In this document: piece by piece, positions 26,493 to 35,971 of the stretch
Position numbering within the stretch: position 1 is the stretch's first letter
Layout: every line of letters begins with the position of its first letter
Source of the DNA: Gallionellaceae bacterium UBA2239
GTDB lineage: Bacteria; Pseudomonadota; Gammaproteobacteria; Burkholderiales; UBA9220
Assembly (NCBI GenBank): GCA_002347615.1
Contig: DDYH01000041.1
Coordinates: 26,300-90,299, forward strand
Length of the DNA stretch: 64,000 nucleotides
Reading direction: 5' to 3'
Translations under genes and position numbers: made by a program
The notes under the pieces: generated by a model
Databases searched by the model: none
What the model was told of the DNA's origin: nothing
Seen by the model: only the letters and a program-made list of their open reading frames with translations

Positions 26493-27733
26493 ATGGGTGA
26501 GTCGAAGCTGAAGCGAACGGGAGCTAAGGAAACACTGCTGAGCTGTGTCGGCGTGCAAACGCCGAGTGGCAAGATTCACGTTCACTGGGAATCCTCCAGT
26601 GTCGCCACCCCGATGGGTCAGCTCACCTGCTTTATCGAATTTCTCGGTCTGACCGGGTCGCGCTGGCAAGAAACCTGTCCGCTGACCTACGCCAGCCCCA
26701 ATGCACCAAGCAAGGCAGACGTCCTGGGCACCTGGATGCTGTCGGTACTGTCCGGTCACAAGCGTTATTCCCATGTCACCGCCATTCGCTGCGATGGCGT
26801 CAACCTCGGCCTTCTGTGCATGAACAAAGTGATCTCCGAAGATGCCCTGCGTCGTGCGCTCACTACACTCACCTTGAGGAAAGCATCGCCTCCTTGCTTG
26901 ACGCCGCCTGGATTCTCGACATCGACACCACGGTCAAGCCGCTCTATGGCAAGCAGGAAGGTGTCGTTGTTTCGTACAACCCAAAGAAGCCGGGCCGTCC
27001 CTCGCATAGCTACCACACCTACCTGATGGCGGGGCTGCGCCTGGTTCTCGGGGTTGAGGTCAAAGCCGGTTTGGAAGAACGGCAACAAGGCTACTTGTTC
27101 AAACTCAAGCTGACCAAGAACGTCAAACGTCTCATTGAGCGACTGTTCCGGGAGCGCGACTGGATCGATGCAGGCCAAGGCTGAGAGGGTAAGAAGGACA
27201 GCGAATTGCGACTAACCGGCTGGGAGGAGCACCGGCGTGTGGTGGTGCTGCGTCGTCCCTTGCAAGGTGAGATGCTGATCACCGAGGAAGACGAAACCGG
27301 ACAGCAGCTACTCGGCTTCATCGAAGCCGACCGTAAGGGCTGCAAGCAACTGACTGACTACGAGTTGCGGTGCTGGTGACCAACCTTGACTATGAGGTGC
27401 TGGGTCTCGGGCAACTCTATCGAGATCGTGCCGACTGCGAGAATACCTTCGACGAGTTGAAGAACCAATGGGGCTGGGGCGGCTTCACCACGCTTGATTT
27501 GCACCCGTTGCCAACTCTCGGCGCGTGCGGTGGCGCTGATCTACAACGGGTGGAGCCTGTTCGTCCGCTTGGTCAACCCTGACGCCCGACGCGAGGCAAT
27601 CACCAGCTGCCCGTGGCTGATGTCCTCAATTGGACGCAGAACCGAACATGCAGGCCAAACCACGCTCAGCTTGACCGGATTGCATGCGCATTTCGACAAA
27701 GCCAGACAGGTGCTGATGCTAGCCTCAGCGTAG
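26493..27733 (+). pseudogene. IS1380-family-like DDE transposase gene, broken into at least four frames
   Basis: Fragments read DTTVKPLYGKQEGVVVSYNPKKPGRPSHSYHTYLMAG, LYRDRADCENTFDELKNQWGWGGF, and ALIYNGWSLFVRL in different frames (ORFs 26493, 26816, 27370, 27494). Confidence 0.75.
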
Positions 27734-27990
27734 CTTCAGGCTTGGGCAAAAGACATTGCGGAGCAGTTGCGAGACGGGTCCGTCTGGCACTGTGTGTGAT
27801 CACCTCAAGCAAACCCTCGCTGCCGTCGGACCTCCGAAATCACCGCCGTTGATCGGCGTTCGCGAAGACAACTGCCGGATTTAGGTTAAATCTACGGAAG
27901 AAAACCTTATCCTGCGGTTTCCAAGCAGTTGTCGTGATCCAGGTGGACATGCATGGTGGAAAGGTTGAGGTCGTGAAGAAAAGCGCACCG

Positions 27991-29631
27991 CTACAGTTTC
28001 GTCACGTTCTGATTCAACTCGATGGCCAGCTTATCCACGTCGCCGACCAACCGGCTGGTATGCTCCGACGAACCTGCGACCGTTTCCACCTTGCGCGCGA
28101 TGTCATAACCCGCGCTGCTCTGCTCCTTGGCGGCGTTGGCAATATCTTCCACGGCGTGCACCACCTGGATGGAACGGTTTTCGATCTGCTTCAACGCCTC
28201 ATCGACCAGGCGCGACTGCGCCACGCTGTCCTGGGCCTTATCGGATGCCGACAGAATATCGTCGGAAACCACGCCCACCTGCTGTTGAACCGAATTCAAG
28301 ATGGAGCCGATTTCGAAGGCAGACTCGTTGGATTTCTCGGCCAGCTTGCGCACCTCGTCCGCTACCACGGCGAAGCCGCGCCCGGTCTCACCGGCGCGCG
28401 CCGCCTCGATGGAGGCGTTGAGCGCCAGCAGATTGGTCTGTTCGGCGATGCCCTGGATGGTGGTGACGATTTCCTGGATGTGCTCGCTCTGGGTACCGAG
28501 TTCCCGCACTTTTTCCGCCGCCTGGCTGACCAACTGCGAGGTTTCCTCCATCGCCGCGATGGTGCCCTGCACCGCCCGGCCTCCCACGTCCACGGATTCG
28601 ACGGTTTCCCGCGTCAGGGCCAGCGCATTGCCGGCATTCTCGGCGACATGGTCGATGCTGACCGATAGCTGCTCGGTCGCCGACGACATGCTGGCGGTGG
28701 CCGACGACTGCTCGTTCATCAGCTTGCGCACCGTGTTGGTGAGACCCGCCAACTCCCGGGTGATCCGGTTCACGTTTTCGGTGACCTGTTGCTTTTGCCT
28801 TTCCATACGTCCCTTGACGATGGCGTTGTCCTTGAAGACCTGGACGGCGCGAGCCATCTCGCCGATCTCGTCGAGTTTGCCGGTGAACGGCACGGCCACG
28901 CTGGTGTCCCCCTGAGCCAGCCCGCCCATGGTCGAATTGATCGCCTTGAGCGGCTGCGCCACGCGGAAGCGGGTGAACCAGAAGGAAAACAGGCCGAAGG
29001 CGATGAGAAACAGGCAAGCGATGAACATCACGCCGCCGACCGTGGCGGAAAGCGTCCAGATGGCGTCCTCGACCGCATCCGCACCGTGCTTGCGTTCTTC
29101 CTGGAGTGCCAGCTTGATGCGCTTCAATGCCGCCACTGCGGCGGCATCGTCGACGCTTTTCTCGCCGCCGGAAAGCGCCTGTTCATACGCTATCAGCGTT
29201 TTCTCCAGGATGGCGAGATCGGCCTTTTCCGCCTCGCTCGGGCTGGCCGACAGGAACGCCGGAATTCCCTCGCGCACCTTGGCCAAGCTCCCCGTTACGC
29301 TCTGGCGCGCCGTCTCGTCGCCCGCCAGCGCCGCCGGCCAATGCTGGGCGAGGCCGCCATAACCGAGCTGATCCTGGAAATGCCCGAGCAGGTCGATGCG
29401 CCTAGCCAAGCCGGAATCGTAGCTGCGCCACACGCTGCCGATCTCCGCTACCGACTTGAAAGTCAGCAGCGTCGCCCCCACCCCGGCCAGCAGCAGCAAC
29501 AGGGTAAGAAAGGTAACCAAGTGCGCCACACGGAACATGCGCACGTTGTCGACGATGCGAAATGCTCCCACGACGAAGCGCCCCAGCGCGTTCAGGTCGT
29601 CGTCTTCCATGGCAGGATTATGATTGCCCAT
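27991..29631 (-). CDS. methyl-accepting chemotaxis protein (4-helix-bundle sensor, HAMP, MA domain)
   Basis: 546 aa; two TM segments and the highly conserved signalling hairpin [38 protein letters not shown]. Confidence 0.9.
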   Translation of the reverse strand: MGNHNPAMEDDDLNALGRFVVGAFRIVDNVRMFRVAHLVTFLTLLLLLAGVGATLLTFKSVAEIGSVWRSYDSGLARRIDLLGHFQDQLGYGGLAQHWPAALAGDETARQSVTGSLAKVREGIPAFLSASPSEAEKADLAILEKTLIAYEQALSGGEKSVDDAAAVAALKRIKLALQEERKHGADAVEDAIWTLSATVGGVMFIACLFLIAFGLFSFWFTRFRVAQPLKAINSTMGGLAQGDTSVAVPFTGKLDEIGEMARAVQVFKDNAIVKGRMERQKQQVTENVNRITRELAGLTNTVRKLMNEQSSATASMSSATEQLSVSIDHVAENAGNALALTRETVESVDVGGRAVQGTIAAMEETSQLVSQAAEKVRELGTQSEHIQEIVTTIQGIAEQTNLLALNASIEAARAGETGRGFAVVADEVRKLAEKSNESAFEIGSILNSVQQQVGVVSDDILSASDKAQDSVAQSRLVDEALKQIENRSIQVVHAVEDIANAAKEQSSAGYDIARKVETVAGSSEHTSRLVGDVDKLAIELNQNVTKL

Positions 29632-29640
29632 TTTTCTCCC

Positions 29641-30123
29641 CTATCCTTCCGCCGCCCATGCGGCCAGTTCGCCCAGTCCGATACGGATGGCTTCGCCCAT
29701 TGCCCCGGCGACTGTCGGCGTCAGACCACCGCCCCAGTCGTCGATGTTTTCCAGTTGCACCCCTACCAGCGTCACTTTCTCCGGCATCTTTCCGGTCAGC
29801 TCGGCTGCCGCCAGCACGTCGGTAAATGCGGTCTGGTGCAAGCTCAAGGGGCGTTGACCGAAGAAAACCGGAATCTCCCCGTCGCGCAGCACCACGATTT
29901 GCCCCGGCTCGCGCCCGAAATCGACGGCGTCGAACACCAGCAGACGGCGCGCCCCCTGCACCAGCGGCAGTAGGTAGATGCCCTGGGTGCCGCCGTCGAT
30001 TGCTTCGACGCCGTCCGGTACGCTACCCTCCTCCGTCATCCTCGCGACCGTCCTGGGGCCGAACCCTTCGTCTGCCCACAGCACATTGCCGACCCCCAGC
30101 ACCACGGTTGCCCTTGCATTCAA
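29641..30123 (-). CDS. hoxM: [NiFe] hydrogenase maturation endopeptidase (HoxM/HyaD/HupD)
   Basis: 160 aa; VLGVGNVLWADEGFG and LVFDAVDFG motifs. Confidence 0.9.
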   Translation of the reverse strand: MNARATVVLGVGNVLWADEGFGPRTVARMTEEGSVPDGVEAIDGGTQGIYLLPLVQGARRLLVFDAVDFGREPGQIVVLRDGEIPVFFGQRPLSLHQTAFTDVLAAAELTGKMPEKVTLVGVQLENIDDWGGGLTPTVAGAMGEAIRIGLGELAAWAAEG

Positions 30124-30818
30124 TCGCGGAACTGCCTTTCACCCGAGAGCATGGTGCTGATGGTGGTCTGGCGCGACAGGATGTCCTCGCGCACGGCGAT
30201 GTAGACATGCATCATCACGAACCACACCATCACCCACATGGCCAAGCGATGGATGATATGCAGGTCGAGGGTGTTGCCGAACAGCATGGTGACCCAACCG
30301 AACAGCCAATACTGCCAGCTGTCGTGCCCCGCCACTTCGGCGTACATGGCGAACCCCGTGAGAATGATCACCGCGCCGGGAATCACGAACATGACGAGCA
30401 TGGCGATATTGGCCAGCGGATTCAGGCCGATGTAGCGCAACGGCCCCTTCAGCAGCAGGTTCCAGTGTATCTGCCGGATGAAGCCTTCCAGCCATACCTT
30501 GCGCCAGATTTCCGGCATGAAAAGCTGGTAACTGATGCCGCCCTCGACGAACACCAGCCACAACCGCATCACGGCCAGCAAGGCGAAGATGTAGCCGAAC
30601 GCCAGGTGGAAAAAGCGGATCCAGCCCATCACGTACAGCGTCGAGGTATCGCCGATCGCCGAGGGCGGCGGCACGCCGATGAAATAGCCGGTAACCGCCA
30701 ATATCACTACGGCGAGCGCGTTGAGCCAGTGCCAGATGCGCACCCCGGGCCCATAGAGCATCGCCGCCGGGAGCAGGCCGGTATCCGGAACGCGTTGGTA
30801 GGGGATGTGCTTAGCCAT
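30120..30818 (-). CDS. hoxZ: Ni/Fe-hydrogenase b-type cytochrome subunit (HoxZ/HyaC/HupC)
   Basis: 232 aa; four TM helices, RIWHWLNALAV and the C-terminal ISTMLSGERQF typical of HyaC-type subunits. Confidence 0.9.
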   Translation of the reverse strand: MAKHIPYQRVPDTGLLPAAMLYGPGVRIWHWLNALAVVILAVTGYFIGVPPPSAIGDTSTLYVMGWIRFFHLAFGYIFALLAVMRLWLVFVEGGISYQLFMPEIWRKVWLEGFIRQIHWNLLLKGPLRYIGLNPLANIAMLVMFVIPGAVIILTGFAMYAEVAGHDSWQYWLFGWVTMLFGNTLDLHIIHRLAMWVMVWFVMMHVYIAVREDILSRQTTISTMLSGERQFRD

Positions 30819-30824
30819 GATGGG

Positions 30825-32627
30825 TTACTGGATTTTCACCTCGGTCAACAGCCCGCCGTCCGGCCCGATGACGTGGGTGGCGCAAGCCAGGCAGGGATCG
30901 AAACTGTGGATCACGCGCAATATCTCCAGCGGCTTCTTCGGATCAGCCATCGGCACGCCCAGCAGTGATGCCTCGTAGGCGCCGATGTTGCCGGCCGGAT
31001 CGCGCGGGCTGGCGTTCCAGGTAGTCGGCACCACGCACTGGTAGTTGTCGATCTTGCCGCCCTTGATGTGCAACCAGTGCCCCAGCGCGCCGCGTGGCGC
31101 CTCGCAGTAGCCGGCCCCCTTGGCCTCGGAAGGCCAGGTGTTGGGCTGCCATTTTTCGGTATTGGCGGTGGCGGAATTGCCGGAGCGGATGTCGGATTGC
31201 AGCAACGCCACTTGTTCCTTGAGCTTTTCCGCCGCCCACAAGCCTTCCAGCCCGCGTGCGGCGGTGCGACCCAGGGTCGAGAACAGCGCCGTGATGGGCA
31301 CATCGAGTTTTTTCAGCGTACCGTCGACCAGTTCCTGCACACGCTTGTCGCCGGAGGCGTAGGCGATCACCATGCGGGCCAGCGGGCCGACTTCCATGGC
31401 ATGGCCTTTCCAGCGTGGCGCCTTGATGTAGCTGTATTTGTCGTTTTCGTCGATTTCCTCGATCCGCGCGCCGTCCTTGCCGCCGCGCGATTTCGGCCCG
31501 AGGCGGAATTCCATGTCGGTCTTGCCGTCCCAGGGATGCAGCCCGGCTTTTTCGTCGGGATAGCGATACCAGGAATGCTCGACGAATTCATGAACCTGCG
31601 CGGGGTCTTTCAGATCGACCTCGTGCAACGTTTTAAGGTCGCCGCCGAGGATCACGCCGCGCGGCAGCATGAAGCTGGCGTTCGAGGTATCGTTAGGCAG
31701 GGTGGGGAATTCGCCGTAGGACATCAGGTTCTTGCTCGCCAACCCGTCTCCCAGCATGAACCATTCCCTGTAATACGAGGCGATGGCGAGCAGGTCGGGA
31801 ATGTACACCTGCGACATGAAATCCAGTGTCTGGTCGGCGATTTTCGCCACCAGGTTGAGACGCTCGGCGTTCACCGCGCCGACCGCCCCCGCGTCGTGGA
31901 CGTTGATGGCCGAGGGCACGCCGCCCACCAGCCACATCGGATGCGGGTTCTTGCCGCCGAACACCGCCTGGATCTTGACGATTTCGCGCTGGAAATCGAG
32001 CGCCTCGATATAGTGCGCCACCGCCATCAGGTTGGCTTCCGGCGGCAGCTTGTAGGCCGGGTGGCCCCAGTAGCCGTTGCGGAACGGGCCGAGCTGGCCG
32101 GAATCGACCAGCCGCTTGATTTTCTGCTGCACGTCACTGAAGTAGCCGGGGGAGGATTTCGGCCACGACGAAATCGACTGAGCCAGTTCGGAAGTGGCTT
32201 TGGGCGAGGCGGAAAGCGCCGACACCACGTCCACCCAGTCGAGCGCATGCAGATGGTAGAAATGCACCAGGTGGTCGTGCACATACAGCGCGAGGTGCAT
32301 GATGTTGCGGATGGTATTGGCGTTCTTGGGAATCGGAATGCCCAGCGCATCCTCCACCGCGCGCACCGAAGCCAGCGCATGCACGCCGGTGCACACGCCG
32401 CAGATGCGCTGCACGAAAGCCCAGGCGTCGCGCGGGTCGCGCCCCTGCAAAATGGGTTCCAGGCCGCGCCACATGGTGCCGACGGAAACCGCGTTGCGGA
32501 TGACGTTGTTGGCATCGACGTTGACCTCGATGCGCAAATGTCCCTCGATGCGCGTGACCGGATCGATGGCGACGCGGCGGCCGGAATTGTCCAGGGTGAA
32601 GCCGTTGGGAGTGGTGATCTGACTCAT
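30825..32627 (-). CDS. hoxG: [NiFe] hydrogenase large subunit, group 1 membrane-bound type
   Basis: True start at MSQITTPNG (ATG at 32627, ATGA overlap with the small-subunit stop). N-terminal [10 protein letters not shown] and C-terminal [10 protein letters not shown] Ni-binding motifs. The upstream 116 aa of the 716-aa ORF are spurious. Confidence 0.95.
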   Translation of the reverse strand: MSQITTPNGFTLDNSGRRVAIDPVTRIEGHLRIEVNVDANNVIRNAVSVGTMWRGLEPILQGRDPRDAWAFVQRICGVCTGVHALASVRAVEDALGIPIPKNANTIRNIMHLALYVHDHLVHFYHLHALDWVDVVSALSASPKATSELAQSISSWPKSSPGYFSDVQQKIKRLVDSGQLGPFRNGYWGHPAYKLPPEANLMAVAHYIEALDFQREIVKIQAVFGGKNPHPMWLVGGVPSAINVHDAGAVGAVNAERLNLVAKIADQTLDFMSQVYIPDLLAIASYYREWFMLGDGLASKNLMSYGEFPTLPNDTSNASFMLPRGVILGGDLKTLHEVDLKDPAQVHEFVEHSWYRYPDEKAGLHPWDGKTDMEFRLGPKSRGGKDGARIEEIDENDKYSYIKAPRWKGHAMEVGPLARMVIAYASGDKRVQELVDGTLKKLDVPITALFSTLGRTAARGLEGLWAAEKLKEQVALLQSDIRSGNSATANTEKWQPNTWPSEAKGAGYCEAPRGALGHWLHIKGGKIDNYQCVVPTTWNASPRDPAGNIGAYEASLLGVPMADPKKPLEILRVIHSFDPCLACATHVIGPDGGLLTEVKIQ

Positions 32628-33748
32628 GAGTTGTTTTCTTCCGATGTGCCTTCGCCGGACTTCATGGCGGCATCCTTGGAGCGCTTGCCGGTCAGCACGC
32701 GCTTGACCAGCGTTGCCGCCGACTGGACGGCGATGGCGCCGCCCAGCGCGGCGGCGCCCGCCACCGCAACCTTGTCGGCGTTGGATTCGACGCCCCATTG
32801 CTGCATGTCGGGCAGGCGCTCGTAAAACGGGCCACGGTCGAAATACCCTTCTTCCGAGCAGCCGATGCAGCCATGGCCGGACTTGATGGGAAAGCTCACG
32901 CCCTCGTTCCAGCCCATCGAGGCGCACGCGTTGTAGGTGGTCGGGCCGCGGCAGCCCATCTTGTACAGGCACCAACCCTGGCGTGCGCCTTCGTCATCCC
33001 ACGCCTCGACGAACTGTCCCGCGTCGAAATGGGCGCGGCGATAGCATTTGTCGTGTACGCGCTGGGAATAAAACATCTTGGGGCGGCGCTGGTTGTCCAG
33101 CTCCGGCAGGCGGTCGTAGGTGAGGATGTAGGACAGCACCCCGGTCATCACCTCGGCGATGGGCGGACAACCGGGGACGTTGATGACCGGCACGTGGCTG
33201 ACCAGCTTGTGCACCGGCGTCGCCTGGGTGGGGTTGGGGCGCGCCGCCTGGACGCAGCCTGAGGAGGCACAGGTGCCCCAGGCGATGATCGCCTTGGCGT
33301 GTTTGGCGGCCTCGTCGAACTGCTGGCGGAACGACCGCCCGCCGACGATGCAGGCCATGCCGTCGTGGGCCAGCGGGATGTTGCCCTCGACCGCGAGGAT
33401 GTAGGCGCCGCGGTAATCGCGGATGATGTCGTGGACGATCTCTTCCGCTTGATCGCCCGCGGCGGCCATGATGGTGTCGTCGTAATCGAGCGAGATCATG
33501 CTGGTGACAATCTCGCTCGCCATCGGATGGCCGGAGCGCAGAAAACTCTCCGAGCAGCAAGTGCATTCGAGTCCATGCAGCCACAGGACGGGGATGCGCG
33601 GCTTGGTTTCCATGGCATGGGCAACGGTGGCCACCCCTTTCGGGCCCAGCCCCAGCATGGTTGCCGTGACGGCGCAGAAGCCGAGAAAGTCGCGGCGGGT
33701 TACGCCTCTTTGACGAAACACGTCATAGAAGGTCTCAGGTTTTGACAT
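32624..33748 (-). CDS. hoxK: [NiFe] hydrogenase small subunit, six-cysteine proximal-cluster (O2-tolerant, group 1d-like) type
   Basis: Start at [10 protein letters not shown]. It has a Tat signal RRDFLGF, then [23 protein letters not shown] and [14 protein letters not shown] (the two extra Cys), and a C-terminal TM anchor. Confidence 0.95.
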   Translation of the reverse strand: MSKPETFYDVFRQRGVTRRDFLGFCAVTATMLGLGPKGVATVAHAMETKPRIPVLWLHGLECTCCSESFLRSGHPMASEIVTSMISLDYDDTIMAAAGDQAEEIVHDIIRDYRGAYILAVEGNIPLAHDGMACIVGGRSFRQQFDEAAKHAKAIIAWGTCASSGCVQAARPNPTQATPVHKLVSHVPVINVPGCPPIAEVMTGVLSYILTYDRLPELDNQRRPKMFYSQRVHDKCYRRAHFDAGQFVEAWDDEGARQGWCLYKMGCRGPTTYNACASMGWNEGVSFPIKSGHGCIGCSEEGYFDRGPFYERLPDMQQWGVESNADKVAVAGAAALGGAIAVQSAATLVKRVLTGKRSKDAAMKSGEGTSEENNS

Positions 33749-33879
33749 AGGGGAATCACCTACATTGCATTGATTATTGTCGTTTTTTATTGCTGCGCCT
33801 TGCTTTGGTGCAAGTTTACGCGGATTCAATCTTGAAGTGCAACGCCTGACTTGAAGAATACCTGAGCGGCAGTCAGGTA

Positions 33880-34759
33880 CCCGGCGCGCGTCAAGGTAGT
33901 TGTCGCCTCGGTCATGCAGCCGACGGTTGAATATCGTGAGCAGCCCAATGCGTTTTTATGATGGAGTCGCGTTCTGGATTGAGCGTCACGGCACCGATCG
34001 GTTCCCTGCTTCGAGTGTCGCCAGACCAGCGCGCCGGGTTGAGGTTTCGCGCCCTGAGATACTAGTCATGTCGTGCCCGGCAAACTCCTTGTCGTTGTCG
34101 GAGGTGATGGTGTGCACCCGGCACCAGTACGGCTTGAGCAGCTTGGTCATGGCTTTGCTCACCGCATCGGCGATCCTGCGCTCCACCTAGCGAATCAGGG
34201 TGAATCCCGATTTCCGCTCGACCAGACTTGACGATGGCCTGTTTGTGGTTCTTGCCGATGACGGTATCCGCTTCCCAGTCGCCGATCCGGCTGCGTTCTT
34301 CAACGACGGCAGGCCGTTGTTCAATCGAGAGCCGGTTGGGGATAATGCCACGCCGATCATGCTTGCCGTAACGTTTCCGGCGCTGCTTTTGGCCGCGCAG
34401 GTGTTTCCACGGCGAGCCGCCCGTGCGTTTGTCGGCATCGACCCGCTGGTACACGGTTTCGATACTGATGGCGGCATGGTTGCTGATCTGGTCTGGACTC
34501 CAGTCTTCACGCGGCCTGGCCTGGGCAAAGCCAATTGGCCTCATCTATCCGCCGGGCATTGCTGGCATAGCGCTCGCGCGCCAAGCGGTGTGCCTGCTTC
34601 GGGCGATAGCCACGTCCGCCGCGGTTGCGGCGCAATTCCCGGCTGATGGTGGAAGGGCTGCGCTCAAGCATGTTGGCAATCTCGCTTTGCTTGTGTCCTG
34701 CCTTCTTCAAAGGCGTAAATCGGGTATCGTTCTTCTCGGGTGAGGTGCGTGTAGTTCAT
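33880..34759 (-). pseudogene. IS30-family transposase gene, frameshifted and C-terminally degenerate
   Basis: From the ATG at 34759 the sequence reads MNYTHLTREERY, then KKAGHKQSEIANMLERSPSTISRELRRNRGGRGYRPKQAH, then DWSPDQISNH...IEQRPAVVEERSRIGDWEADTVIGK, then HTITSDNDKEFAGH. These lie in different frames, and the left end is approximate. Confidence 0.75.
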
Positions 34760-35112
34760 TTCTGCAATTTCGACTGGCCGGTCAAAAAGGCATGGATGCT
34801 ACCGCATCCCACCCATCCAACCGGCATTACTCAAAATTGCACTTCATCCTTGAACCCAGATTATCCATTAGGCGGCGCTTCGCGCCTACGCGAGCGCTGG
34901 CGGTCGGTTTGCGGCCATTTTTGCCGCTTGTTCGTCGTCCATGGAATAACCATGAACTCCTCGCAAGCAACGAAACTGTCTCGCAACCCACCTCGCCATC
35001 ATCTCGCGTCCTAATGGATAATCTGGGTTGAATCCGCCCCTGTGTCGAAGGGAAAATTATGCGCCGAGGATTTGACCTGCCGCCCCGGAATGTGCTTAAA
35101 TAGCGGCCTTTC

Positions 35113-35187
35113 GGGTGGTTAGCTCAGCGGTAGAGCACTGCCTTCACACGGCAGGGGTCACAGGTTCAATCCCTGTACCACCCACCA
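35113..35187 (+). tRNA. tRNA-Val (anticodon CAC)
   Basis: Hand-folded cloverleaf: acceptor GGGTGGT/ACCACCC, D stem GCTC/GAGC, anticodon arm CTGCC-TTCACAC-GGCAG, T arm ACAGG-TTCAATC-CCTGT, encoded CCA. Confidence 0.9.
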
Positions 35188-35202
35188 GTAAAACCCGAAT
35201 AA

Positions 35203-35226
35203 AACCGGCAACTTGGCCGGTTTTTT
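35203..35226 (+). terminator. rho-independent terminator after tRNA-Val
   Basis: aaccggc-aacttg-gccggtt followed by tttt. Confidence 0.6.
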
Positions 35227-35328
35227 CGTTTCTGGCCCCCGCGCCATTTCTGCGGTTTTGCTGTCCCGATTGCACCCAAATTTGTCCCAAATAATACCAA
35301 ACTATACTTTGCCGGTTGTCCCCCTTGT

Positions 35329-35415
35329 GAGCTTCCCCCGAAATTTCGTCTTCCAAGGGTGTGACGTAAAATCGCAGTCACACTGGAAAGGAAGACGAAA
35401 TTTCGAGGGAAGCTC
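35329..35415. repeat. 87-nt nested palindrome (26-nt outer arms with 25/26 matches, inner 7-bp inverted repeat)
   Basis: Outer arms are gagcttcccccgaaatttcgtcttcc (35329-35354) and ggaagacgaaatttcgagggaagctc (35390-35415). The inner repeat is gtgtgac (35359-65) with gtcacac (35377-83). Confidence 0.8.
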
Positions 35416-35418
35416 AAA

Positions 35419-35670
35419 GTGACCCAGCGCCGTGCCCAACAACTTAAGTCTGCACGGGAAGCCCTGGTTATCGAGTTGGCGGGTGCGCGTCGGGAGCATT
35501 CCTTGCCAGCGGTGGAGCATCTGAAAGCAAGTCAGGTGGGAAAGCTTCGGGTGCTACGGCAGAAGCTGCTGGGCAGGGATTCAGGGCTGGCGAAAGGCTA
35601 CCTGAATATCCTGAGAGGGCAACGACCAAAGGAAGCTATGACGTTTTGGCTTCGACCATCCACCAAATAA
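35419..35670 (+). pseudogene. possible C-terminal remnant of a recombinase-type gene (83 aa ORF)
   Basis: LRVLRQKLLGRDSGLAKGYLNILRGQ resembles the coiled C-terminal region I recall from large serine-recombinase-family proteins. This is recollection only, and no catalytic domain is present. Confidence 0.25.
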
Positions 35671-35696
35671 AAATGGGCACTGGAAAACCAGTGCCC
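35666..35696 (-). terminator. rho-independent terminator of the minus-strand tRNA-Ser/tRNA-Arg unit
   Basis: Minus strand reads gggcactgg-tttt-ccagtgccc followed by atttttattt, 16 nt after the tRNA-Arg 3-prime end. Confidence 0.65.
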
Positions 35697-35711
35697 ACTT
35701 TCATTCCGAAT

Positions 35712-35788
35712 TGGCGCGCCCGAAGAGATTCGAACTCCTGACCCCTTGGTTCGTAGCCAAGTACTCTATCCAGCTGAGCTACGGGCGC
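35712..35788 (-). tRNA. tRNA-Arg (anticodon ACG)
   Basis: The reverse complement GCGCCCGTAGCTCAGCTGGATAGAGTACTTGGCTACGAACCAAGG... folds as a cloverleaf with encoded CCA. Confidence 0.92.
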
Positions 35789-35831
35789 GAAGGCGGCAAA
35801 TTATACTGGAACATTTACCGCAATACAACTT

Positions 35832-35924
35832 TGGCGGAGAGAGAGGGATTCGAACCCTCGGTAAGGCTATAAACCCTACGCTCCCTTAGCAGGGGAGTAC
35901 CTTCGACCACTCGGCCATCTCTCC
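35832..35924 (-). tRNA. tRNA-Ser (anticodon GCU)
   Basis: The reverse complement GGAGAGATGGCCGAGTGGTCGAAGG... has anticodon arm CTCCC-CTGCTAA-GGGAG, a long variable arm, and encoded CCA. Confidence 0.9.
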
Positions 35925-35971
35925 ACAAAGGCCGCTAGGATACCGATTCGACCGTAAAAGGTCAATCGGGA

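Noticed and set aside
26442-27892. Direct, not inverted, similarity between 26442-26471 (tcgcgaagtcaggcagattaagggtttatc) and 27860-27892 (tcgcgaagacaactgccggatttaggttaaatc) flanking the IS1380-like pseudogene, considered as IS ends or a target duplication.
   Set aside because: The orientation is wrong for terminal inverted repeats, and the segments are too long and too diverged for a target-site duplication. With only about 70 percent identity by eye I cannot distinguish it from chance or from a duplicated host segment.
30825-32975. The 716-aa extended form of the hydrogenase large subunit, and likewise the 517-aa form of the GT4 gene (5499-7052) and the 690-aa form of the ArnT-like gene (41430-43502).
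   Set aside because: The N-terminal extensions overlap the upstream genes and are low-complexity. Internal ATGs at 32627, 6713 and 41520 give canonical N-termini and ATGA-type coupling with the neighbours.
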